This document shows, in pieces, positions 13,662 through 27,000 of a stretch of DNA of 64,000 bases. Position 1 is the first letter of the stretch. Each line of letters opens with the position of its first letter. Source of the stretch: the human T2T-CHM13v2.0 reference genome, Homo sapiens; NCBI RefSeq assembly GCF_009914755.1, contig NC_060936.1. One strand, given 5' to 3'. The position numbers and the translations under genes are program-made. Below the pieces are notes generated by a model that searched no databases, was not told where the DNA came from, and saw nothing but the letters and a program-made list of their open reading frames with translations.

Positions 13662-14324
13662 TTAATAACAGCCATCTATTTATAGGTCTTAAATTATACA
13701 CCATGAAAGCCTCTCTAAGACAAGATGTGTTATTTGGCTGCCAAAAGAAAAAGTTAAAAAAAAAAAAACAGCAAAAAGAAGCTTCTAGATTTTTCTTCCT
13801 TTTCCTTATCCTCTGTCTGCCATATTCTTATGGTTAATGACAACTGTCAACTCTGTGTTTTGGACCCAAACGCCAAAGAAATGAAAAAGAAATTATTGAA
13901 GATCTTTCTCCAAGAGGAGGGGCCTGCATAGTTTTCCTGAGAATGATATCCCCCAAATTACATCCTTTTCTAGTTTAATTGGAGGGGTGAGATCATAACA
14001 GAGTCTTTCCCAACTCCTTTGTATTTTTCGGAAGGTAAGAATAAGGCCCAGAGGGTGGTCCTGCCCAAGGTCACCCAGCAGGCTGGTGACAGAAGATTGT
14101 CTGCTAGTTCAGTCCAGTGCTCATTTTACCATGGTCCCCACAAAGACATCGCTCTGTCTTCCATGCCAGTTGACTTCAGTCCTCTTACTTATATATGAAA
14201 CCAAGAAGATTCAGTTTACTTTTCCCACTGATCTCATCTTTCCAGAGCACTGTCTGAATCTCCCCTAATGACCTCAAGATAACCTTCAGGTAAAGGGAAT
14301 TTCACACCTGGTTCCAAGTTCGTA

Positions 14325-14560
14325 GTCAGTAGAATAGAGTGGTTAAGAGCATGGGCTTTGGTGTCAGACTGGAGTATTCTGGTTACTAACTGTGTAAGTT
14401 ATTCAATCTTAATACCTGTTTCCTCATCAGTAAAATAAGGATAATAATAGAACTTCTCTTGCAAGATGGTTATAGAGTATAAATGAGGTTTTATATATAT
14501 ATATATAGTGCTTAGAAAAGGGCTGGAATATGGTAGCCCCTCAATCATTTAAAAAAAATT
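14325..14560 (+). mobile_element. MIR (MIRb-like), near full length
   Basis: AGTGGTTAAGAGCATGGGCTTTGGTGTCAGACT..TTTCCTCATCAGTAAAATAAGGATAATAATAG..AGTGCTTAGAA. Confidence 0.82.
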
Positions 14561-15649
14561 ATTGTCATAACATTCTGATGGGTTACAAAATCTAGGACTC
14601 CAAGGATAAGAGCTCTGATTGTGGGCTTGAAATGAGTAGCCACCACTTTTTAAAAGGTCCTAGTGTATAGGATGATGATGGAAGAGATGAAGACCAACAA
14701 GCAACAAAGACCAACAGGCATTACCTATAGCCTGCAGAGTCAAGCTATAGGTAATCGACAATGCCAGTGACAAGGAAGAAAGACCATGGTGGGAAGACCT
14801 GGGGAGAAATGGCAAGAAGCAGTCACTGAGTACTGGAGGAGGGATGGACTTGCGGGAAATAAACCATGTCTTCTGCCCTCCTCCTCTCTATAAAAGCCTT
14901 GGGATGTCAATTCTGAACTCCTACTATATGCCAGGAGGAGGGACCACTTGCCAAGTTCTGTAGCTGGAAATGCCTTCCTCATCTCACATACCAGTCCTCC
15001 AGCCTTCACCCATACATGGTTTGGCTTATGTTCAACTACTTTAGCACCTTTGCTAGAGATTTAACGTTTTCTTTTGTGAAATATTTATGACTGTTTTATT
15101 TGATTCAGTGACTCTTCTGTGATTTGAGAGGAGATTATGACCAGCATTTCAGAGAAGGTGTGTCCAAGGCTCTGTGTTCAGTAATTGTCTTCTTATGTCC
15201 CAAGGAGGTGGGGCTCTCCCCACTACACCACACAGTTCAATTTCATAATTTTAACCTGTCTTTCATTCTCACATATGCATTCAGAGGCACATGCACACAC
15301 ACTTTTAAAAATCACCAGAGCATTAGTATTGAGAATATCTGGCTTAGGATTAAGCTGAACAATACATTTCTTCTTTTCTTTCTTCTTTTTTACTTACTAT
15401 TTTTTACTTACTATTATTAAAGTCTAACACTTCAGCAAAATTTTCATTCTGCATCTTTTGCAAACAATCCAAAGATAGGATTATTATATAATTTATCTCT
15501 TATAATTATTTATGACCATGCTCTGAACTTAGTAGGGTTTCAATAAGTGTAATAAATGAAACTGATTAAAAGCTCTTAGAACAGGAGCTGGGGTAGGGAG
15601 TATTCTTAGGAGGACTCAAATGTTGAAATGCACAGGATTGTTAATAACA

Positions 15650-15860
15650 TTAATAGTTATTTACTGATTACAGATCTCTATGTAAGGGACATTACAAACA
15701 GTAATTCTCAAAACAACCCCAAAAGGTAGGGATTGTTTGTATTTTACGGTTTGGGAAACTGAAGCTTAAAGAAGTTAATCTGCCCAATTCCAAGGCAGAG
15801 TGGGAATCTAGTATTCCCTAATTCTGCATGGTTTTGTGTGGCTCCAATGTCACTAGACTA
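15650..15860 (-). mobile_element. MIR fragment
   Basis: AATTCTCAAAACAACCCC..GGTAGG..TTTTAC..GGAAACTGAAGCTTAAAGAAGTTAA is the antisense MIR core. Confidence 0.65.
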
Positions 15861-17439
15861 CTACTTTTCATCATACTGGGTCGAGTGTAGTTTCCTGGGC
15901 TGCCAAAATATACTTCCCTCCATTGGCAAAGTCAAGGTCATTCCTTGTGCATGAGTACGTGTGTGTGTGTGGCGGGGAAACTCAAATGCGCCCTCAGACC
16001 TGGCCGAGAGTCTCTTCCTCAGCTTCAGCAGGGGGTGCCATCCACAGACTGAGAGTTGGTGGGGCCTGCGTGGGAGCCACTGATGGGAGAACTTGAAAGG
16101 CAGGAGGGGGGAATCTTCCGTTACTAAGCAAGGATCTAAGAGCTGTTGTCAAGGAAGAATCCCAGGCCTTCCATAAAAGGAAGGCCTCCTTTCTCCTACT
16201 GGCAGCAAGTGCTGCCTTGAGCAATGAGTCTGACAGTTTCCCTAGCCCATCTGCACTTGGGCAGCTTTGGAAAGGAGAACCCAGGAAGCAGGGCGGGAGG
16301 AAATGAGCTGGAACTTAGTGGGTGAGGCCTTGGCCTTGAATACCTGGCAGAGAGCATCATGGGAGGCAGAGTGCGCAGCAAGGGCCCGGAGTTGAGCTCC
16401 TCAGTTGAGCCTCACAATGAGTGTCCTGCCCTCCAGCCTTGTCCTCTCCAATCCACCCGTGAAGCTCTACCTGGAAGATTTTCCCAACATGCCACGAGTC
16501 TGCCTAAATGTCCTTCAACATTTCCCCATCATCCACTGGGTAAAACCCAGCTTGTTTTGCCTGGCAGGAAAGGACTTTTTCCTGATCTGACCTTTGCTTG
16601 CTTTACTTCCATTACCCAAGTCCCTGTCGGGCCATTCCCAAGTTCTTGTCTGCTTGAAAGCTAGGTAGTCTCTCCTGGGCCTTTGCATATGCTATTTCTT
16701 CTGTCTGGACTACCACCCTGTCACATGTACCAAAAGCATTACTGGCGTGGAAGACACATTCAGGGTTTTAGCACAAGCATTTCAAATAATCATCAAGGAC
16801 AGCCCTCCCACCGACTTGTCAGTTATAACACCATCTGTGGCACCACTACCTCCTTTCTGAGCCCCCAGCCCACTACAACCCTGGAGGAGCTAGACTTTAA
16901 AGACAGAGGTGGAGTGGGCATGTTCCCTGGTTCGATTCTGCCCCTCCATTGGTATAGATTGGGCTGCCTGGAATTGCACATGAAAAATGCCAGGCACCAG
17001 GGTAGAATCCCTCAACCTCCCTCATCTCATCTCACCTAAATCTCCTGGGCAGAGTGGAGGGAATAATGATGTTAAAATCAACATTAGATGTTGAGATCTA
17101 AGTTTGAAGCTCAAGTGATTGTTTAAACCTGCAATGATGAAACCCAACCCAAGATACTACTGAGGGAAGAGAAAAGGAGATCGGAAGGTGGTTTTTATGT
17201 GGTAAAATTGAGACTTCCCCCAAGATGGCCATATTTGAATCTCATTTCTGATTTTTGACTGATAGTCATTTTCCCTTGTCTCTTTACTTTCTCAAGCATA
17301 TGTGGAGAGATGTGCTTCAGAGGTTATAGAAACAGCTGCGTGTACAACACACATCCTTTCAGGGCTGATGATTCATCGTAAGCTTTCACCATAGGTTTCC
17401 CTTTCGTATTACAAACAAGTAGTGAATTTCTGTGCTGAC

Positions 17440-17615
17440 TGAAGCATCTGCATTATCTCATGAAATCTTTTCAACCACGCAAGTTCATTTTATTATGCCC
17501 ATTTTTACAGATGAGGGCTCAGAACTACTTGCTCAAGGTCAAAAATCTGGCAAATTCTGAGACCGTCAAAGATACCCTTGACTCCTAAGTCCATACTCAT
17601 TCCATTGTACCACTG
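17440..17615 (-). mobile_element. MIR fragment
   Basis: ATTATGCCCATTTTTACAGATGAGGGCTCAG..CTTGCTCAAGGTCA. Confidence 0.65.
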
Positions 17616-18847
17616 TTAAATTTAGGTTATGAAGTGCCCACTGTGTACAAGACACTGTGCTTAGAGCCAGGAAACATAAAGAAGGATGCCCAATGCCTGC
17701 TTCTGTGTAGCTCACATTATGCTAGGGGAGATGTGCCATGGAAAATTAGTTCAATGGGATGTTGCAAACATCAGGAGCCAAAGAAAGCACAGAGGAGGGG
17801 CACTCAAACCTATGAGGGGACAGCACTTAATATAAAAAGCTGGATTTTAAGTATGAGTTTACCAAAGTGAGGGACATAGTATGAAAAGAGATGATTCCCA
17901 GAGATGACCAAGGATCCCAGGCACAGTCTCTACATTGGTATAGATTGGGCTGCCTGGTTATCATGTCACCTTTCCCCTTCCTATGTGACAAAACTATCAC
18001 CTGTTTGTTCTTTATTCTCAATCTGGGCCAATGTCTTACTTCTCTTGGTGTTTTTATTTGTTAAGCTCTATCTCAAAGTAAGGAACAGAACACATTGTCA
18101 AGAAGAAATTTTAGGTACTCTCTGGGGAGAGGAGGAAGATGGGGGAGGATTATTTTAAGGAGCAAGAAGTCTATTTCCTGGATCCTAGAAATGGTGCCAC
18201 ATGGACTGATACCTGTTGCACCTGCCCTAGGGCTGGTCCTGCAAGGTGCTGGAGGAGAACACAGATAATCACAGTGACAAGGACATGCATGAAGCCTGTG
18301 TCAAGGTGAATGTGGCTGACGAAAGGAAAAAGGAGGACATTTCTCCTTGCAAAACTCTATATAATCAGAAGCTGGATTTGCTCAGTGATGTTTGCATTTT
18401 ATAGCTACCCACTTATAGCTATAAAAAAGGCTTTGCTTTTGAAATTCCTGCAGGAAAATGGATTTTATTAAGACACTGCATTTCTTTGGTCCTTAAGCAT
18501 TGAACCAATTGTTTTTGTAATGCGCTTTTTTAAACTCAAGCTTTCTTAGTCATATACGAAAAATATAACTGAAGAAACTTTACATAGTAGAGTCCAATCC
18601 TGGAATTGCTTATAAATTCATTGAGAAGACAAAATATATGTGAAATAGTTAAAATAGTCTAAGATTGTTCACTAAGTGCCACAGCATGAAACCCCTCTTA
18701 ACCTCTGACCATCTAAGTTCTGAGTTCATCCATGTGAATATTGTGTTTTCCAAAGCTGGGCCACACCTATAACTGCAGTCTGTTTCCACTGCTGTGGTCC
18801 ATGATGCTTTCCTGGCATAGCCTGCCCAGGATTCTTGCTCTAAACAC

Positions 18848-19141
18848 TGTTAAAAGTTTTTTAACTGGGAGGCCAGTCAGCTGAGATGGCTCCAGTGTCT
18901 TGGGTTCCTGTGCAGGCAAACTGAAGCCCAATGTAAACAGTAAAACAAAACTTAGGCATAACCAATCAGAAACTGCCACTAACCTCTAAGTTGGGGCTTT
19001 CCACCGAGTCATATCCAAATATGGCAAATGCCTAGCTTTAGCCAATCAAATGATTTCTTTATCCTGCTTCTGTGTCCAGCCTGCTGCTCACCCTCCTAAT
19101 GGGGACCACCCTGAACCTCTTCTGGTTTCAAGTGCTGCCTG
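18848..19141 (+). mobile_element. ERV1-class LTR, MER93-like, 3'-truncated
   Basis: TGTTAAAA..GGGAGGCCA..CTGAGATGGCTCCAG..TTGGGTTCCT..AACCAATCAGAAACTGCC..AACCTCTAA..GGGCTTTCCAC..GCCAATCAAAT matches the MER93 U3 layout. Confidence 0.75.
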
Positions 19142-19879
19142 GGAGAACATCCTTTTCCTTCTGATCCCTCTTCCCTGCCTACCTTTCCACCACTTTCTTC
19201 TCTGTCCCTATCCATGAGATATCATATTCCGGGACCAGCTGCCCAAAGCCAATCCTACAATCTCATCTGCCGCTGCCTAAGCCTCACTTCAGTGACTTAT
19301 TCAGAAGGATCAGGCTCATCCACAGAAACCAAGCCCCTTTGCCTGCTGAAGGGTTTCTCAAACATGCCTCATCACAAGAATCACAGATAACATGTCTGAA
19401 ACACAGATTCCAGGGTCCCCTCTAGGCCTAAGGAATCTACTAATAACACCAGCGTGAAAAATCCTGGCCTGGCTTAAGGTCACTGGAATACAGGGTGGTG
19501 GCAGGGGTTGGGAAGAAGGGTTAGGAGCTGGTCTGTATGCGTGACTTAGTCCTGTCTCTGTCCTGTCAGGCACCAGTTTCGCATTGGTTCCGGCGATGGG
19601 AATAGAGGGGAGGGAGGCCAGAACCCAACCAAAGCCCAGCTGAATGGATCATGAGATCTGAATCAGCCGGAAGCCACTGCTGTGCGCCCCAGAACCCATG
19701 TCTCAATTCCACCTGGCATCACCAATTATCTGTGCCTCTGACATAGGAGGTTTTTTTTATTCCCTCGAAATAGGGCTATAATTAAATCCAAAATTGTACT
19801 GGAGACTTTATCGTCATGGTAAAAGCAGAACACAATGTCTGCAGACAAAAAAACTCTTTCAATAAAAATTAATTATGCA

Positions 19880-20110
19880 CAGCTCATGCCTCAGTCCCGG
19901 TGGCAGTGTGAGGAATGCATATGAGGCATGGGGAGGAGCTGGCCCATGGCACTGCCCAGGCTGGCTCCACCACCCTCCCGAGGCTCCCGCTGTGTAGCCC
20001 CCCTCTCCATTCACGCAAAGCCCCCCGCTGCATCTCCCTCCCTCGGAGTAGCTGCTTGTTCTCTGCAGTCCCGCGGGTCACTGCTTTTTTCTCCTCCTTC
20101 AGGGTCCGAA
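19880..20110. promoter_or_regulatory. GC- and CpG-enriched unique patch, candidate enhancer or weak promoter
   Basis: About 9 CpGs in ~230 bp against a CpG-depleted background. Contains a TEAD-type GGAATG near 19912 and has no repeat signature. Confidence 0.35.
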
Positions 20111-21570
20111 AAATTGAAAGCAGTCATAGGTGGGGCTGAGGGAGGTAAGAGAAGAGAAACAAGGCACAAAACAGAGAGGGTGAACTTGTGATCTGTCATT
20201 CCCATTAAATCTCTTTTTCTTTCAAGAAGAAGCATTCTCACTGACAGGGGATCTAAGATTTCTTCTGGCATCATGTTCCTTATGCTTCTTGCCACAGGGA
20301 GTGTGCGGGCTAAAGGATTCTGTTCTCTGAATCCAACAGTGGGCTCTTGGGGAAGATAATGGAGCTGCCCAGAGCCAGTGCCACATAGTACCCATGTGAC
20401 AGAACTCAGACCCTGCCTTGGGACTTTGCTTTTCCTGTCCTCGGGAGACTAAGTCCAAGGGTACAGTAGAGTCAGATATGGGTTCTGCTGGTGGACATCC
20501 CTCCTGGGGAGTAAGTACAGTGAAAAATCAGAGAGAAGCGGAGGCAGGGTGGGAGCATCTCACCCTATAAACTAGTCACCGGATCTGACCAGGAAAAAGA
20601 ACAAGGACTTGGAGAAATGCAGGCAATGCAGATCAGGGTTGGATACCTTCCAGTTCATCTAAGAAGTAGTGACAGAAGAGTGGGAGCCCAGTAGAAGTTG
20701 CTCTGCCAGTATCTAGATTTTCTTCCTGTGGTAGACTGGGTCTTCACCACCCACTCTGCCTGGAGGAGGGTCCCTCCAGAGCTCACTGAAAACCAGGGAC
20801 AGGGCTCAGCTCACTAATGGCCTGCCCACTCAGAACTCCGCGAGTGCCCGCAGAAGCAGCGAAGGTACCAATGGGGTGTGAGACCCACCTCCATCTTGCT
20901 AAACGGTTGGGGGCAGGAAGCTCTGTGGGGTCAGAAACTGCAGAAAGGGGCCAGTCAGGGCCATGAAAGGGCTGGTGGGATGTTACTGAAGAAGTGCTCT
21001 TGGGTGTGAAGGTAACCAAAATTGTCCTCCAACTCCAGGCTCTTCAAGATATTCTCAGGGACTCGTGGCATGGGTAGAAGATTGAATGAGGTATTTCCCA
21101 AGCCTATGATTTGGTAATTCGGTTGAGCCAGTCAGATTCTTCCCCAGTTGGGGCTGGGGATTAAGGGTCTTATGTGGACTGGCATGTCCTTATTTCCTGG
21201 TGATAAGACTCCATCTGCTCTCCCAACACCACAGACCTCAGCACATAGACACATCAATTGTACTGCAGGTGGACACATAGAGGCATGGCAGTTCTGACAT
21301 TTATTTTGTAGGTTTTTTTCCCCTTTCAGTTTCTGCTGACACAAACTCCCCCAAGCCCCAATTTCAAAGCATATTAAAAGACCAGATTTATTGACCTGAG
21401 AAGAGGGGAGGCCTTGCTTTATCGCAGATGATTGGTTAGAAATTCTGTCCAGGTTCTCTGACACTGGAAATAAACAGCAACAACCACCATCCCCATTTAT
21501 CGTCAACATTGCATTGCAGGTCCCAGCTAGGACAATAAGACAAGAAAAGAAAGCATGAAGATTGAGAAGG

Positions 21571-21703
21571 AGCCAGGTATGGTGGCTCATGTCTGTAATC
21601 CCAGTACTTTGGGAGGCTGAGATTGGAGGATTGCTTGAGCCCAGGAGTTCGAGACCAACCTGGACAACATAGCGAGACCCTGTCTCAAAGATTTAAAAAG
21701 AAA
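21571..21703 (+). mobile_element. FLAM_C / Alu left monomer
   Basis: A single monomer, GCCAGGTATGGTGGCTCA..GGATTGCTTGAGCCCAGGAGTTCGAGACC..GACCCTGTCTC, with an A-rich tail. TSD-like AAGAT(T/C)GA flanks. Confidence 0.88.
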
Positions 21704-21953
21704 TAAAGATCGAAAGGGAATAGAAAAAGCTATCATTATTTGCATGTGGCATAAAACAGCTTATGTAGAAAATCCAAAAGCTATGCAGATAATCTGTTTG
21801 CATTGATAAGTAAAGCTAGCAAGAATGCTGGATTCATGATGAAGATAAGATTTATATTTTATATCTTTGCAATTTTTTTAGCTAAAATATTTTTAACCAT
21901 TATAAATGGTTAAAAACCAAAATAAATTTAAAAGCCATCAAAACCATAAAATG

Positions 21954-22212
<259 letters not shown>

Positions 22213-24585
22213 CTATACCTCGGACTATAAAACATTATTGAGGTAAATTAAGAGACCTAAATGAACGAAGGGATATACACTATGTTCACATATTGAAATA
22301 TTATAAAGATGTAAATTTTCTTACTACATTGGTCTATAAATTCAACATAATAATAATAATCAGAATTCCATCAGGGTTGTGTGTATGTGTGTAAACGGGT
22401 AAGCTGATTCTAAAATTTACATGGCTATGTAAAAGGATGTGGAAAGGCAAGCCATTCTTGAAGAAGAACGAAGCTGGAGCCATTACATTACTGATATGAA
22501 AGCTTATTAAAAAGTAACAGTAATTAAGACACCGTGGTATTGACACAAGGGTATACAAACAGACAAATGGAACAGAATACAGTCCAGAAATAGACCACAC
22601 ATATGAGGTCATTTGATGTATTGCAAAAAAGATGATGAAGTGCAGTGAGAAGATAACCCTTTTAGTAAATGGTGCTGAGTTAATTGGATATCTAAATGGT
22701 AAAAAATGAATTTTACCCTACCTTACACCATACACAAAAATCAATTCCTGGTGAATTGCAGATCTAAACACAAAAGGAAAAACTACAGAGCATCTAGAAG
22801 AAGACATAGGAAAATGCCTCCAAAATCTTGGCACGAGGAACAATTTATCAGATGGAGAACAAAAAGCACAACCATAAAGGGGAAAATGATAAATAGGAAT
22901 TAGTAAAAATTAAGAACTTTCATTTATCTAAAATACTATTAAGAGAAAACGTAAATTACAGAAGTGGGATAACATATTTAGAATATATTTTATATCTCCG
23001 AGATACCTAAAAGACCCCTACAAATCAATAATCATTATAATAACTATTTGCCAGAAAAATGAGTAAAAGGCTTGCATAAGTATTCTGCAAGGATGCACAA
23101 ACGGCCCACAACGATTTGAAAAGGAGCTACTCTCCGCATATAATGATCCCTACATTTAGAGAAAAGAAAGCAATAAACCGAGTCTCAGGGAGATGAGGTT
23201 ACAGGTTCAGGTGAGCATCCTAAGAAGGCAAAATGGTGACACCCACATGGTGTGATTGATTGGAGGGTCAAACCCACATGGTGATCACGGAAGTCCCAGC
23301 ACCATAAATATATCCATTCCTTTGACATTCAAGATTCTCCCAGAAGGCTTAGATTTTATGCCCTGTTATCAGCTAACATGTCAAAGAGATTTATCGACTG
23401 TCAACTGAGAAATGGCCCAAGGTTCTTAAACATACATTATGCCCTGTGAGTTCTAGAGCCAGGAGAGGGGACCATGTGTAAATGGGAGGTGGTGGTGTCA
23501 AGGGTCATGTGCTACAATCTACTCAGGGCAGCCCCTTCTTGTGGCATCCCAGATCAGTCATCTCTTCATTCACTTGCACTCAAAAGGTATTCAGCAAGCA
23601 TTCATAGAGAAGCTGTTTGTCAGCCTTGTAAGCCAGTTACACATGTGAACGAGATGGGTGCTGTCCTCACTCTCTGGGAGTGCACAGTCTCAGTCTGGTA
23701 GTGGGGTACACAAAGCTGGCTTTCTAGCAGGCAGATTCGCTGATTCCTCAGCAGGGCAAGAGCCAAGCTGGGCTTTGGATTCCGAATCATCAGAGCCCTG
23801 TGCCTTATACGTGATCTGCAGTGGTACTGGCTGCAACCCCTCCCCTTACCATGTTGTTCAAGGGAAATGGGCTTGATCCCAGGGTGCAATGTAGAGCAGT
23901 AACCTTTACTTGAAACGGTTGAGGGGACATAGGTGCATCAGCATCTGGAAATGGATTCTAGCCAATATTATGAAATTTCCATAATGCCACTTTATATTGT
24001 AATTACAGTGTATTCACTCTTTACAGTCATCAGCCAAAAGGGGCTCTTATCAGTATATTTGTCATTATAAATGTTATGTGTATAATCACAGAAATTTTCA
24101 CATTCAGAAAGAGTAGTCACATTCAGGAGAGACATATTACCTATTATGAAACACAGGATGAATTCTGGAAAGAACAGACCACAAACCCGAGGCTGCAGAG
24201 TGCCTCCTCTCCGAGGCTTTCACAGCCACATCGGAGCCTAATTTGTCTTAGCCTTGGAAATTGAAGACAGACCAATTATCATAGAGAGCAGAGCATAAGA
24301 AGAACCAGAATACACTGTGCCTGTGCGGGATTCACACTTACCCAATTATATATATGCTCTTTGGTTCCATTTTATTTATTATATACATCCAGTTCTCATG
24401 TTTTAGTTAATAAAACATAATCATCCTTTCATTTAAAAAATCTGTAACCTTTTTCCATAAGAAAAGTGGGAGTTCTTTGCCTCAACAAATCATTCATCCC
24501 AGGTTCCTCTACAGACAGTGGAAGATGCTGAGGGGGAAGGATTTTGTAAAGTGATTTGATGTAGCTTAAGTCTCCAGTGGCCCCC

Positions 24586-24950
24586 TGTATTAGTCCATTT
24601 TCATACTGCTATAAAGAACTGCCTGAGACTGGGTCATTTATAAAAGAAAGAGGTTTAATAGACTCACAGTTCAGCATGGCTGGGGAGGCCTCAGGAAACT
24701 TACAGTCATGGTGGAAGGCGAAGGGGAAGCAAGGCACCTTCTTCACAGAAGTGCCGAGTGAAGGGGAAAGAGCCCCTTATAAAACCATCAGATCTCCTGA
24801 GAACTCACTCACTATAAAAAGAACAGCAGTAGGGAAACTGCTCCCATGATCCAATTACCTCCCACCTGGCCTCTCTCTTGACACGTGGGGATTATGGGGA
24901 TTATAATTCAAGATGAGATTTGGGTGGGGACACAAAGCCTAACCATATTA
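24586..24950 (-). mobile_element. THE1C-like MaLR solo LTR
   Basis: TGTATTAGTCCATTTTCATACTGCT..GGCCTCAGGAAACTTACA..AAAACCATCAGATCTC..GAGATTTGGGTGGGGACACAAAGCCTAACCATAT. 5-bp TSD CCCCC/TCCCC. Confidence 0.92.
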
Positions 24951-25039
24951 TCCCCTCACCCCACAAGCTGACTCTACATCATCACTGGGCAAAGCCAGTC
25001 ACTCAGTAGGCCTCAACGCATTTTTTATCTGAGTTTTAA

Positions 25040-25151
25040 CCCATTTATGCCTAGTGTTCCATTATTGGAATGCTAAGCATGTGGGAATTATTTATAGCCT
25101 ACCGTTCAAGGTCATTTCCAAGGTCTGATTGCAACCTCAGGCATAAGTGTG
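25040..25151 (+). mobile_element. MER85 piggyBac (PGBD3-derived) MITE
   Basis: TTAA target at 25036-25039, then CCCATTTATGCCTAGTGTTCCATTATTGGAATGCTAAGCATGTGGGA..CAAGGTCTGATTGCAACCTCAGGCATAA. The 3' TIR is degenerate. Confidence 0.92.
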
Positions 25152-27000
25152 TAAGGCATTCTGTCAACTATCATTCCTTCTCTTTGACAGGCACCATGCC
25201 TGTGCCTATTCCACCCAGGAGTCCATCCTCTGGCGACCCCCACTACTGGGTAGGAGGGTGATCTTCGTGCAATCCCTAACCTAGGTCTATTTTTCCAGAC
25301 TCGTTCTCACCCCCAGAAAATCCCCTCAGAAATTTGAGGTTCCTCTCTCTTATGTTAATTCTGCCAAGTTGTGTGAGAATACAAGTCTATAAGCGGGACT
25401 CTTTTGTTTACCTGCTCTGCTCTTTCCTGCACGGTGTGGTGATGCTGCCTAGCATGTCACCAAGCCAATGGCCACTCCATATCTGTTTACTGGTTTGTTC
25501 TTTGCAGTAGCCAGATCCATACATAGTTCCTTCCACTAAGACTGTTTAGACCTTAAATAATGTGTATCCCTGCCTTTTGTGGCAGTGCATGCATACACAC
25601 CGTGGAACGCCCTCGCATTCACGACAAATCTAATGAGACCTTGCTTTCAGGAAGCCATACCTTTGTCATGGAGCCTGCACATTGCTAATTCAGTACCTTA
25701 CCAAGTCATACTGTGTTCCCAACCACACATTTCAATTCACAGGGAAAGACTCCACAGCCTGTAATTCAAGGGTCACATTGGGACACTTTCTGCTAACACC
25801 ACCTGAGAACTTTAATTGTCAAGCCTCAGGAGGCAGCTGGGGCAGGTGAGGTGCTTGGTGGTTTCCTAAGGTAACTTGTCTTATTTTTTGAAACAAAGAA
25901 TCCCAGGCTGATTTACTGATTGGTGAAATGAGGAATGTGCAATGATAGAGCTGTGTGCCCACTGACAGATGGAAGCAGAAAAATCTCATGGGAGTTGAGG
26001 GGACCTTCCCCAGATTTCTGAAAAGAGGCCTGATTCATGGCACATGGGCAGCCTTAAGTCTTAAGACAGATTTCCAAGGCTCAGTAGGACTATAAGGGTC
26101 TGTGCTGAATGCTGTTCTGAGTCCCCACAAATTCATCTGGTGACATTCCAGAGAAAAATAAGAATTAGTTATAGATGGAAAAGACCAGGAAACTATTTAT
26201 TTTAAATTATGCAAATCTATTATCACTGTAAACAGAAGGCCATACAAGTCCCAAAAAAGGGTGACAGAAATAGCAGGTATAATTTTTTTGGAAATGACTA
26301 AGGTCATTAGGGATGCTAGAGTTCAATGCTGCATATAAATTCCATAGTCAGCTAAAACACATACTAGAGACTTGAGAGCTAATAATTTTAATCTAAACTT
26401 ACTGAATGATGAAATACTCTCCAAAGATAAAAAAAATCTCAGTTATACATGTAGAGAAAAATGTTAGCTGAGAATAATATTGACAAATAGTGATGAAGAT
26501 CCTATGAGACAGAGGAGATCTGCTTCTAGCCTCAGGGAGAGAAGGGGAAAAGAAGCTTCACTACTGGACCAGATAGAAGAACATTTACCCCCAGCCGTCC
26601 TCTAAGATTAAGCATAGGCTGGATGCCAGTTGCCTACTGCAGGGAAATCAAGTGAGCATTAAGAACCCAAAAGAAGATGCCCAAAGCAAATATCTGGGAG
26701 GTGACAGAAAGACATTTAGCTGAGCTGGCAAGATGGAAAGCAGAGTGACTTGGACTCTGGAAGTGGTGTTCCACAAAGCCTTGGATGGGTTACTGAGACA
26801 GGAAGACCCCCTAAAGAAGAAGCTCTGCTTCTCTTGGCCTTGGACTTTGGTTGGAATTTAAAAGAGTGAGAGTGCCTGGAAGGATTCTCAGTTTCCATAT
26901 TAAGTGATTTTTGTATATATATTTGATTATATACACATATGATTAAGAATATATATAATGCACACATACACACAGCATATAGCAATTTGGGGCTTGAGGC

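Noticed and set aside
13286-13837. ORFs with HTHTH or CVCVC runs and hydrophobic stretches
   Set aside because: They are by-products of the (TG)n microsatellite and an adjacent purine-rich tract.
19880-20110. CpG island
   Set aside because: Too short and CpG-sparse for a classical island; kept only as a low-confidence regulatory patch.
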